From an uncultured Bacilli bacterium (GTDB lineage Bacteria > Bacillota_I > Bacilli_A > RF39 > UBA660), in contig CANRCX010000005.1 of assembly GCA_947629235.1 (NCBI GenBank), forward strand, positions 1 through 62,938: DNA of 62,938 nucleotides. Direction: 5' to 3'. The first letter of the stretch is position 1. The number at the start of each line of letters is the position of its first letter. This document shows, piece after piece, positions 54,638-62,938 of this stretch. A program made the position numbers and the translations under genes. The notes beneath the pieces are model-generated. The model made no database searches, had not been told where the DNA came from, and worked only from the letters and a program-made list of their open reading frames with translations.

Positions 54638-57172
54638 ATGGAAAGAAAAGATGTAAATTTAAATAATGTTAGTCCAATGATGAGAGAATATCTAAAGACT
54701 AAAAGTGAATATGAAGGAATAATATTATTTTATAGACTAGGTGACTTCTATGAAATGTTTTTTGATGATGCAATTACCGCATCACATGAATTAGAACTTA
54801 CATTAACAGGAAAACAAGCAGGCCTTAAAGAAAAGATTCCAATGTGTGGTGTTCCATATCATGCAGTTAATATTTATTTAGAAAAATTAATAGAAAAAGG
54901 ATATAAAGTAGCTATATGTGAACAAGTTGAAGATCCTAAAACAGCAAAAGGAATTGTTAAAAGAGAAGTAACACAAATAGTAAGTGCTGGTACTATTACA
55001 AATACTGAAATAGTAAATGAAAAAGATTTCAATTTTATCGCGTGTATTAAAGATTATACTTATGCATATGTTTTATCTTATGCAGATTTATTAAGTGGAA
55101 AAGTATATGCTACATATATTAATCATGATGAAGAAAATTTAATAAGTCAAATAGTTAATTTAAATATAAAAGAAATTGTAGTAGAAGATAATTTTGATGA
55201 AAAACTAATATACAAATTTAAAACTAACTATAATATTTATATTTCATATTACAATGATGATAAAATATTTGAAAAAAATAATGTATTTGATGGAATAGAA
55301 GATGAAAAAATAATTAAAACTACATCAATAATTTTAAATTATTTAGTTAATGCTATGAAACAAGATTTAAGTCATTTACAACATTTAGAAATTGTTGATA
55401 AAAAGATGTTTCTAGAACTAAATAAAGAATGTATTAGAAATTTAGAACTTACTGAAACTATGCGAAATAAAGATAGACAAAATAGTTTACTTGGATTTAT
55501 GGATAAAACTAAGACTGCTATGGGAAGTAGATTATTAAAAAGTTATATAATTAGTCCATCTATCGATAAAAAAGAAATATTAAAAAGACATGATTTAGTA
55601 GAAAAACTAATTAAAGAATTTATGCTTAAGAGTGAACTTAAGACATATCTTTATGAAATATATGATTTAGAAAGATTAACTGGAAAAGTAGCATGTTCTA
55701 CACTTAATGCTAGAGATATGTTACAACTTAAAAATAGTTTAAGAGTATTTCCTGATATAAACAATATATTAACAGAACTAGGTCTTGAAGCACTTGAAAC
55801 ATTTGATGATTTATGTGATTTAATAGAAAAATCTATTAAAGAAAATTCACCAGTTACTCTAAAAGAAGGTAATTTAATCAAAGAAGGTTTTAATTCAGAA
55901 ATAGATGAGTTAAGAAGTATTAAAACTAATGGTAAAGACTTTATATCTAATTTTGAAAATGAAGAAAGAGAAAGAACAAATATTAAAGGATTAAAAATTG
56001 GATTTAATAAAGTATTTGGTTATTTTATAGAAGTTCCAAAAGGACAAATAATGTATGTTAAAGATGAATTTCAATATGAAAGAAAACAAACATTATCTAA
56101 TTGTGAAAGATATATAACACCACTTTTAAAAGAAAAAGAAAATATGATATTAAATGCAGAAGATAAACTTAATAATTTAGAATATGAAGTATTCTGTCAA
56201 ATAAAAGATGAAATTAAGAAATATATATCTGGTTTACAAGTTGTATCTGGTAAAATTGCATATTTAGATGTAATGCAGTCTTTTGCGACAATAGCAGAAG
56301 AAAATAATTTTGTAAAACCAACTATTAATGATGATAATATTGTTGAAATTATAGAAGGAAGACATCCAGTAGTAGAAAGTGTTATTGAAAAAGAATATAT
56401 TGATAATGATGTAATACTTGATAAAAATACTAATGTTTTAATAATTACAGGTCCTAATATGAGTGGTAAATCTACTTATATGAGAGAAATGGGAATTATT
56501 GCAATATTAAATCAAATTGGTTCATTTGTACCTGCTAAAAAATGTAATATTCCAATATTTGATAAAATATTTACAAGAATTGGAGCAAGTGATGACTTGG
56601 TAGGTGGAGAGTCAACATTTATGGTTGAAATGAAAGAAAGTGCTAATGCACTTAAAAATGCAACTCATAATAGTTTAATATTATTTGATGAGTTAGGTCG
56701 TGGAACTAGTACTTATGATGGTATGTCACTTGCAGGATCTATAATTGAATATATTGCAAATAATATAAAATGTAAAACTTTATTTTCAACACATTATCAT
56801 GAACTTACATCTATGGAAAGTAAACTTCCAGGTATTAAAAATGTACATGTCACTATTGCTGAAGAAGAAGGAGATATTACATTCTTACATAAAGTATTAG
56901 ATGGAGCAGTTGATAAAAGTTATGGAATTAATGTTGCAAAACTAGCAAATCTTCCAAATGAAGTAATAAAAAGAGCTAATGAGCTTTTAGAAGAATATGA
57001 AAGTAATGATAATAAAAAAGAAAAAAAAGTTCGTCAATTAGAACTTAATTTTGATGAAGACAATAAAAAAGATGAATTAAGAGAATATATAGATACAATT
57101 AATCCACTTGAAGTAACACCAATAGAAGCAATTAATATATTAGATCAAATAAAAAAGAAATCTCTTTTATAG
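54638..57172 (+). CDS. mutS: DNA mismatch repair protein MutS
   Basis: SPMMREYLKTK...FYRLGDFYEMFFDDA, GPNMSGKST, DELGRGTSTYDG. The track start 54578 (TTG) adds a non-MutS hydrophobic extension. Confidence 0.9.
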   Translation: MERKDVNLNNVSPMMREYLKTKSEYEGIILFYRLGDFYEMFFDDAITASHELELTLTGKQAGLKEKIPMCGVPYHAVNIYLEKLIEKGYKVAICEQVEDPKTAKGIVKREVTQIVSAGTITNTEIVNEKDFNFIACIKDYTYAYVLSYADLLSGKVYATYINHDEENLISQIVNLNIKEIVVEDNFDEKLIYKFKTNYNIYISYYNDDKIFEKNNVFDGIEDEKIIKTTSIILNYLVNAMKQDLSHLQHLEIVDKKMFLELNKECIRNLELTETMRNKDRQNSLLGFMDKTKTAMGSRLLKSYIISPSIDKKEILKRHDLVEKLIKEFMLKSELKTYLYEIYDLERLTGKVACSTLNARDMLQLKNSLRVFPDINNILTELGLEALETFDDLCDLIEKSIKENSPVTLKEGNLIKEGFNSEIDELRSIKTNGKDFISNFENEERERTNIKGLKIGFNKVFGYFIEVPKGQIMYVKDEFQYERKQTLSNCERYITPLLKEKENMILNAEDKLNNLEYEVFCQIKDEIKKYISGLQVVSGKIAYLDVMQSFATIAEENNFVKPTINDDNIVEIIEGRHPVVESVIEKEYIDNDVILDKNTNVLIITGPNMSGKSTYMREMGIIAILNQIGSFVPAKKCNIPIFDKIFTRIGASDDLVGGESTFMVEMKESANALKNATHNSLILFDELGRGTSTYDGMSLAGSIIEYIANNIKCKTLFSTHYHELTSMESKLPGIKNVHVTIAEEEGDITFLHKVLDGAVDKSYGINVAKLANLPNEVIKRANELLEEYESNDNKKEKKVRQLELNFDEDNKKDELREYIDTINPLEVTPIEAINILDQIKKKSLL

Positions 57173-57181
57173 GAGGACTTT

Positions 57182-57901
57182 ATGAATATTAGTGAAGAAG
57201 AATTTAAAAAATATTTAATTGAAATAATTAAAAATAATAAAGATGCAGATGAAGAAAAATTATCTGAAGAAATAGATAACTTATTTTTAAATTTAATTAC
57301 AAAATCTATAGAAGAAAATGTAAGTGAAGATGATTTACCAGAAGAATTAAAACAACTAGTAAAAGAAATGTTTGAAAACTCTTCTTCTGTAGATGATGTT
57401 ATTAAACAAAGAAAACAAGAAATTGAAATTAATAAAGAAAGTTTTATTGCTGTAAAAAAGAATTATAGAGTTGCTGCCGCTTCTAGACATATAAATTTAA
57501 CTAATTTAAGACTTTTAAGATTAAGTGTAAAATTCTATAAATTAAAACTACAATTTCTTCAAGATGAAGGATATAAATTATATGAAGAATATGAAAATAG
57601 AATAAATGATAATATAGAAGAAATATATAATTTAAAGTCTATATTAAAGCTAATAAAAATAGCAATAAATAGACTTGAAAAAGTAGAAGAAACTTTATGC
57701 TTAAAAGAAATAAATGAATTAATTTATAATATAATCCAAAAACAAGGTTTAATTTGTGATTATGTTGAAGACTTAGCTGAAAAATATAGTCTTAGATATG
57801 AAGGAATAAACATAACTTCAAATAATAAGTTAGAGCAAGAATTAAATAAAACTGATGAAAATATATTAAATTATATTAGAATATTAAATTTACATGAATA
57901 G
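57182..57901 (+). CDS. coiled-coil acidic hypothetical protein in the position usually held by mutL
   Basis: AGGAGG SD, 9-nt gap to mutS; no GHKL ATPase motifs. Confidence 0.55.
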   Translation: MNISEEEFKKYLIEIIKNNKDADEEKLSEEIDNLFLNLITKSIEENVSEDDLPEELKQLVKEMFENSSSVDDVIKQRKQEIEINKESFIAVKKNYRVAAASRHINLTNLRLLRLSVKFYKLKLQFLQDEGYKLYEEYENRINDNIEEIYNLKSILKLIKIAINRLEKVEETLCLKEINELIYNIIQKQGLICDYVEDLAEKYSLRYEGINITSNNKLEQELNKTDENILNYIRILNLHE

Positions 57902-58060
57902 AGATTTAAGTAATTAATAACAGATCTATATAAAAATATGACTATAAAATATTACAAAATACAAAATATATAAAATTTAAAGTAGGTAGGAGTTAATATC
58001 AAAACTGATATTTAAAAAAAACATAATACTTAAATCTCTACATAACAAATTACATTAGTT

Positions 58061-58105
58061 AAAAAAATAAGTCAAATTGATAAAATTTAATTTTGACTTA
58101 TTTTT
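58061..58105. terminator. bidirectional intrinsic terminator between convergent genes
   Basis: A-run, ataagtcaaa...tttgacttat, T-run. Confidence 0.6.
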
Positions 58106-58187
58106 ATTTACTTAAAATATAATTATTGTATATAAAAAATTAAATAATTAAGTACAAATTTATCATCAAAATAAAAAAATACTGAAT

Positions 58188-59135
58188 TTAAATAATTTTT
58201 TCAGTATTTTTAAAATTTAATTTAGCTATATTATTAAGTTCACTTTTTCCATATTTAGAAACTATTTTTTTAGCTACTTCATTTACACTATCAGATGCAC
58301 CTTTTAAAAGAGTTATTCCATATTTTTCTGATAATTTATCCATATTTTCTAAAAATAAATATCTACTTATAACACTAGCAGCAGCTACACTTAAATGTTT
58401 ACTTTCACCTTTAGTTAAGAATGTTATTTTAGTAACTTTATCAGTAATATTTTCTTGTTTTAAATAACTAAAATAACTTCTTGGACTAGTAAACTCGTCA
58501 ATTATTATTTTATGATAAGGTATACCTTTATTAGATAGTTCAAATAAAACTCTATTATGAAGAATAGCTTTTATTTTATTCATATTAAATCCTTTATTTG
58601 ATAGTTCATTATATTTAGTATTAGAAAGAGTAAATGTAACATATGGAAGTTTTTTCATAATAATTGGAGCACATCTTCTAATTTTATCATCAGTCATTTT
58701 TTTAGAGTCCATAATTTTTAAATCTTCAAGTAATTTTCTTGTTTCTTTATTAACGAGTGTAGCTGTTACAATAATAGGTCCAAAATAATCTCCTGTTCCA
58801 ACTTCATCACTACCAATAGCATCATAATAATAGTATGTTTTATCATCTTCTTTTTGTTCTTTTGCTTTTAATTCCTCATCTATATTTCTATTATTAAAGT
58901 GACTTTCTAAATCTTTCCACATATTAGCATCAACATCAGCAGAAATTCCTTGAAACATTACTTTGCCACTTTCATATAAAGTAATTATTGTTCCACCTTC
59001 TTCAGCTTGAAAAACAGAATAAGGAGGCTTTTTATCTCTTCTTAATAAATCATAGTATTCAATCATTTTTTCTTTGATATTATCGCTTACTTTAAATACT
59101 ATTGTTTTTTGTTTTTCCATACTTTTCACATCCAT
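58188..59135 (-). CDS. rnhC: ribonuclease HIII
   Basis: N-terminal DUF3378-like domain and GSDEVGTGDYFGPI catalytic motif; start may be ATG 59120 (MEKQK...). Confidence 0.85.
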   Translation of the reverse strand: MDVKSMEKQKTIVFKVSDNIKEKMIEYYDLLRRDKKPPYSVFQAEEGGTIITLYESGKVMFQGISADVDANMWKDLESHFNNRNIDEELKAKEQKEDDKTYYYYDAIGSDEVGTGDYFGPIIVTATLVNKETRKLLEDLKIMDSKKMTDDKIRRCAPIIMKKLPYVTFTLSNTKYNELSNKGFNMNKIKAILHNRVLFELSNKGIPYHKIIIDEFTSPRSYFSYLKQENITDKVTKITFLTKGESKHLSVAAASVISRYLFLENMDKLSEKYGITLLKGASDSVNEVAKKIVSKYGKSELNNIAKLNFKNTEKII

Positions 59136-59177
59136 TTATATTTTATCATGAAAAATGTAAAAAAAATATAATTTTTA

Positions 59178-59205
59178 TTGAATTTGAAAAACATTATGTT
59201 ATAAT
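59178..59205 (+). promoter_or_regulatory. promoter TTGAAT-16-(TGt)TATAAT
   Basis: Hexamers at 59178-59183 and 59200-59205, TG at 59197-59198. Confidence 0.5.
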
Positions 59206-59225
59206 TTTTAGTAGAGGTAATATTA

Positions 59226-59285
59226 ATGTTAATGACTTACTTTATTAACATGTTTTTTCCTCATGTTAATTTTTTTTGGAGGTAA
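59226..59285 (+). promoter_or_regulatory. three-segment attenuator plus 19-codon uORF ahead of tmk-thyA-folA
   Basis: atgttaat (59226-59233), attaacat (59244-59251), catgttaa (59262-59269) plus T8. uORF MLMTYFINMFFPHVNFFWR ends at TAA 59283-59285, 1 nt before the tmk ATG. Confidence 0.45.
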
Positions 59286-59286
59286 A

Positions 59287-60027
59287 ATGAGTAGGGCAAA
59301 AATCATAGTTATTGAAGGAACTGATGGTTCTGGAAAAGAAACACAAAGTAAATTATTAAAAGAAAAACTTGAAAAAAAGGGTCTTAAAGTAAAAAGTTAT
59401 TCTTTTCCAATTTATGAATCTGCGACTGGTAAAATAGTAGGTGGTTCATATTTAGGAAAAAGTGAAATTTCACCTTCAGTTTTTGAAGAAACATCAGCTA
59501 ATGTAGATCCTCTTGTTAGTTGTTTATATTATGCAGCTGATAGGAGATATAATTTACTTAAATATATAGAAGATGAGATATATAAAAATGATGTAATTAT
59601 ATTTGATAGATATGTAACTTCAAATATGGGACATCAAGCAGGAAAAGCAAAAACAAAAGAGCAAAGAGAAAAAATAATAAATTTTATTCACACATTAGAA
59701 TATGATTTATGTGAACTTCCAAAACCAGATATTGTCGTATTTTTATATATGCCACTTTTAGCTACTAAGTTTTTAAGAAAAGATAGAGTTTCAGATGGAA
59801 ATGAAAGTAATGATGAACATGTGAAAAATGCAGAAAGTACTTATTTATATCTTGCTAAAAAATATGATTGGTATTCAATTAATTGCTTAAAATCAAAAGA
59901 ATTTAAAACTATTGAAGATATAAAATCAATTGATGAAATAAGTAATGAAATTAATGAATATATAGATTCAAAATTAAATGAATCTTATATAGATGATTCT
60001 TATATTAAAAGAATGACACGATTTTAA
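59287..60027 (+). CDS. tmk: thymidylate kinase family protein (246 aa, longer than typical Tmk)
   Basis: IEGTDGSGKETQ P-loop, FDRYVTSNMGHQ; GGAGG SD. Confidence 0.75.
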   Translation: MSRAKIIVIEGTDGSGKETQSKLLKEKLEKKGLKVKSYSFPIYESATGKIVGGSYLGKSEISPSVFEETSANVDPLVSCLYYAADRRYNLLKYIEDEIYKNDVIIFDRYVTSNMGHQAGKAKTKEQREKIINFIHTLEYDLCELPKPDIVVFLYMPLLATKFLRKDRVSDGNESNDEHVKNAESTYLYLAKKYDWYSINCLKSKEFKTIEDIKSIDEISNEINEYIDSKLNESYIDDSYIKRMTRF

Positions 60028-60040
60028 AGGAGGTAATATT

Positions 60041-60943
60041 ATGTCAAAATTTGATAAAGAATATTTAAAATTATGTAAAAAAATATTAAATGAAGGAGAA
60101 GAAGTAGAAAATAGAACAGGTACTAATTCTATAAAAATACCAGCGTATCATTTTGAATTCAATTTAGAAGAAGAATTTCCATTTTTAACAACTAAACAAT
60201 TATTTTATAGACAAGCTATTTTAGAAATGTTATGGATCTATCAAGTTCAAAGTAATGATGTAAGATGGCTACAAGAAAGAGATGTTAAAATTTGGAATGA
60301 GTGGGAAATAGGTGAAGATGGAATATGGAGAGCTACTCAATGGTTACCAGATGGTAAAGGTCATTTAGTTGAAACTAAAGTTGAAAAAGATTTTGGAAAA
60401 GAGTGGGCTCATACAATTGGCACTGCTTATGGATGGATTGTAAACAAATATAAGCTAATGGATAAATTAATAGATATACTTAAAAATAATCCAAAAGATA
60501 GAAGAGCGGTTATTAGTTTATGGCAAAATGATTATTTAGATACAGCAGTTTTACCATCTTGTGTGTGGTCAAGTGAATGGGATGTAACAAATGGACACTT
60601 AAATGCTTGGGTTCATCAAAGAAGTTGTGATGTAGGACTAGGACTTCCATTTAATGTTACACAATATTCTGTTTTACTATATATGTTAGCTCAAGTATGC
60701 GGTTTAAAACCTGGAACATTAAATTGGTCTATTAAAGATGCTCATATTTATGTAGATCATGTTAATCAAATAAAAGAGCAAATTAGACGTGGTGATGAAC
60801 TTGAAGATTTACCAGCACCAGAATTATGGCTAAATCCTGAAATAAAAAATTTTTATGATTTTGATAATAGCAAAGATTTAAAAGATATTAAAATATTAAA
60901 TTATCGTCATCATGGTAAGCTTCCTCTTAAAATCAGTCAATAG
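60041..60943 (+). CDS. thyA: thymidylate synthase ThyA (divergent active-site context LPSCVW)
   Basis: RTGT, RSCDVGLGLPFNV (Asn retained), KDAHIY. Confidence 0.8.
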   Translation: MSKFDKEYLKLCKKILNEGEEVENRTGTNSIKIPAYHFEFNLEEEFPFLTTKQLFYRQAILEMLWIYQVQSNDVRWLQERDVKIWNEWEIGEDGIWRATQWLPDGKGHLVETKVEKDFGKEWAHTIGTAYGWIVNKYKLMDKLIDILKNNPKDRRAVISLWQNDYLDTAVLPSCVWSSEWDVTNGHLNAWVHQRSCDVGLGLPFNVTQYSVLLYMLAQVCGLKPGTLNWSIKDAHIYVDHVNQIKEQIRRGDELEDLPAPELWLNPEIKNFYDFDNSKDLKDIKILNYRHHGKLPLKISQ

Positions 60944-60950
60944 GTGAAAT

Positions 60951-61433
60951 ATGAGTTATTCAATAATAGCCGCGATTGGAAAAAATAGAGAACTTGGAAA
61001 AGATAACAACTTAATATGGCATCTTCCAAATGATTTAAAATTTTTTAGAGAAGTTACAACTGGTAAAACAATAATAATGGGAAGAAAAACATTTTATTCT
61101 CTTCCAAAAATGTTACCAAATAGAAAACATGTAGTAATTTCAAGTAGTAACAATTTTAATAGTGAAGTAAAAGTATATAATAACTTAGAAGAATTACTTG
61201 AAGATTATAAAAATTCTGATGATGAATTATTTGTAATAGGTGGTGCTAGTATATATAAATTATTTATAGATATAGCAGAAAAATTATATTTAACTGAAAT
61301 AGATGCAGAATGTATGGATGCTAGTGTTTATTTTCCAGAATTCGATAAAAATAATTACGAAAGAACAATTTTAAAAGAAAATGAAGATGATGGTATTAAA
61401 TATAAACATGTTTTATATAAAAAACTAAAATAA
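60951..61433 (+). CDS. folA: dihydrofolate reductase
   Basis: IAAIGKNRELGKDNNLIWHLPNDLKFFREVTTGKTIIMGRKTF, VIGGASIY. Confidence 0.88.
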   Translation: MSYSIIAAIGKNRELGKDNNLIWHLPNDLKFFREVTTGKTIIMGRKTFYSLPKMLPNRKHVVISSSNNFNSEVKVYNNLEELLEDYKNSDDELFVIGGASIYKLFIDIAEKLYLTEIDAECMDASVYFPEFDKNNYERTILKENEDDGIKYKHVLYKKLK

Positions 61434-61466
61434 AAATAGAAGCTTTGACTTCTATTTTCTTTTTTA
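61434..61466. terminator. intrinsic terminator between convergent folA and the small membrane peptide gene
   Basis: aaatagaag-ctttga-cttctattt plus T-run. Confidence 0.65.
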
Positions 61467-61470
61467 TTTA

Positions 61471-61686
61471 TTAGTTATTACAGCCACAGCCACAGCCATT
61501 GTTACCATTACCAAATCCATTACCATTATTTACAAATCCTACACCAAATATTATAACTAATAAAATGAATAATACTAATACAAATGCAGCACCATAACCA
61601 TATCCACCATTATTATAACCTGGATAAGTATTATAGTACATGCTATTTCCACCAGCATATCCACCATTATATCCATAATAATACAT
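61471..61686 (-). CDS. tiny Gly/Tyr/Asn-rich membrane protein, YjcZ-like sporulation-type peptide
   Basis: AAGGAGGT SD, one central TM (AAFVLVLFILLVIIFGVGF), C-terminal GCGCGCNN. Confidence 0.6.
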   Translation of the reverse strand: MYYYGYNGGYAGGNSMYYNTYPGYNNGGYGYGAAFVLVLFILLVIIFGVGFVNNGNGFGNGNNGCGCGCNN

Positions 61687-61804
61687 AATATATTACCTCC
61701 TTATAATTTTATCTATATTATTTTATGGAATATGGTGTTTTATTGACACTACAAAAACATAAATAATTTACATTTTAATTTATTTTTTATATAATTTATA
61801 TAGT

Positions 61805-62938
61805 ATGAAAAATAGCAAAAAGAGAAAAATTAGTTTAATAAAGAATTTAAATAAGCCAATTTTATTATTGACTTTGATTTTTGCTATTTGTGGTGCTTTT
61901 TTAATATTAGATGCATCTAGTATATCAGCAGTATTAACTTATGGAGAAGATACATACTATTTTTTTGAAAGACAACTTTTGTTTATAGCAATAGCATTAG
62001 TTTTATCTGTTATAATAATTAAATTTCCAACTAAATATTATAAAGGCATATCGCTTTTACTATCTCTTATATTTATGGGAGCTTTATTAATTGTATATTT
62101 AAAAAATTCACTTTTTAGTAGTGATGTAAATGAAGTTACATTATCTTTATTTGGTGGAAGATTTCAACCAGCTGAATTTTTAAAAGTATTTTTAATTATG
62201 TATATGGGTTCTTTTTATGGTAGTTGGGCTAATAGTAAAGTACATATAAAATATTCATTTTTTGTACCAATTATTTTATGTGTAGTATCTGCTGGTCTTA
62301 TATTTTTAGGTGGTGACTTTGGTAGTGCTGCAATTATGGCTGCTTTATATGCACTTGTATTTATGTGTGTACCTACTAAAGATAAACTATTTAATAGACT
62401 TAAAATAATAGCTTGTACTTTATTAGTTTTAGCAGTAGTTGTATTAAAATTTGCATATTTAATAATACCAGAAAGTATATTAACAAGTGATTATAGATTA
62501 AATAGATTTATTTATAAAAATCCATGTGATAGATATGAAGAAAATTCAGGTTATCAAGTTTGTAATGGATATATAGCTATGGATAATGGTGGTATTTTTG
62601 GAAGTGGAATAGGAGAGTCAGTACAAAAATATTTATATTTACCAGCAAGTCATACAGATTTTATCTTTCCAATAGTAGTAGAAGAGTTAGGAGTAATTAC
62701 TGGTATTGCTATTATAATAGGATATATGGTACTTATATTTTTAGTATTTAAAGTCGCGATAAATTCATATTCACTTCAAAATTCAATAATTTGTTATGGA
62801 ATTGGAATATACTTTATGTTGCATATATTTGTTAATTTAGGTGGAGTACTTGGAATTATTCCATTAACTGGTGTTCCACTTCCATTCTTAAGTTATGGTG
62901 GTAGTTTTTGTATAACAGTTATTTGTTCATTTGCAGTA
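61805..62938 (+). CDS. SEDS-family protein (FtsW/RodA/SpoVE), 3' end outside window
   Basis: QPAEFLK, HTDFIFP, GVPLPFLSYGGS; open for 378 codons to the window edge; not in the ORF track because it lacks a stop. Confidence 0.85.
   Translation, partial: MKNSKKRKISLIKNLNKPILLLTLIFAICGAFLILDASSISAVLTYGEDTYYFFERQLLFIAIALVLSVIIIKFPTKYYKGISLLLSLIFMGALLIVYLKNSLFSSDVNEVTLSLFGGRFQPAEFLKVFLIMYMGSFYGSWANSKVHIKYSFFVPIILCVVSAGLIFLGGDFGSAAIMAALYALVFMCVPTKDKLFNRLKIIACTLLVLAVVVLKFAYLIIPESILTSDYRLNRFIYKNPCDRYEENSGYQVCNGYIAMDNGGIFGSGIGESVQKYLYLPASHTDFIFPIVVEELGVITGIAIIIGYMVLIFLVFKVAINSYSLQNSIICYGIGIYFMLHIFVNLGGVLGIIPLTGVPLPFLSYGGSFCITVICSFAV

Noticed and set aside
57901-58038. 12-bp inverted repeat gagatttaagta (57901-57912) / tacttaaatctc (58027-58038) flanking ~115 bp of intergenic DNA; possible MITE or invertible element
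   Set aside because: My rough expectation is that a few exact 12-bp inverted pairs within 150 bp would arise by chance in 63 kb of DNA this AT-rich. There is no target duplication, no internal promoter logic and no nearby recombinase.
60041-60943. ThyA homologue with non-canonical LPSCVW active-site context next to a long Tmk-like kinase: could it be a dUMP/dCMP hydroxymethylase for modified bases?
   Set aside because: The dUMP-specifying Asn (PFNV) is retained. The gene is also co-operonic with dihydrofolate reductase, which is needed only if the enzyme produces dihydrofolate, as a genuine thymidylate synthase does. Ordinary ThyA is the parsimonious call.

Overview
This is a very AT-rich, low-GC Gram-positive (Bacillota, Clostridia/Erysipelotrichia-like) chromosomal segment. 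Almost all of it is transcribed on the + strand. All family assignments come from reading motifs by eye; no database search or folding computation was run.

Housekeeping blocks: trmB; T-box-proS; L20 leader-infC-rpmI-rplT; T-box-aspS; tRNA-Arg(UCU); hemW; pdp; mutS; rnhC; tmk-thyA-folA; a SEDS ftsW/rodA-type gene.

Accessory material interrupting them:
(i) An IS1182-family IS inserted into a terminator hairpin, followed by a tightly packed four-gene nuclease operon (beta-CASP MBL nuclease, PD-(D/E)xK protein, SbcD, SbcC).
(ii) Downstream of tRNA-Arg, a roughly 18-kb island. It carries an XRE/TM regulator, secreted proteins, an ABC/FtsX exporter, a SWIM zinc-finger operon and a signal-less LRR/zinc-ribbon protein. 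At the window centre it carries a translationally coupled SNF2 helicase / DUF4391-like / Mod methyltransferase / Res helicase-nuclease cassette. This cassette is my top candidate for an under-described defence system.
(iii) Directly after the island, a tandem array of five sigma-70 paralogues. Four share a non-canonical N-terminal domain, and no anti-sigma gene is present.
(iv) Two ABC export modules, one paired with a two-component system.

Cis-elements seen: two T-boxes, an L20-type leader, a three-segment attenuator with a uORF ahead of tmk-thyA-folA, and an unassigned switch-like RNA structure ahead of the LRR gene.

No rRNA, CRISPR array, integrase or prophage structural genes were seen.
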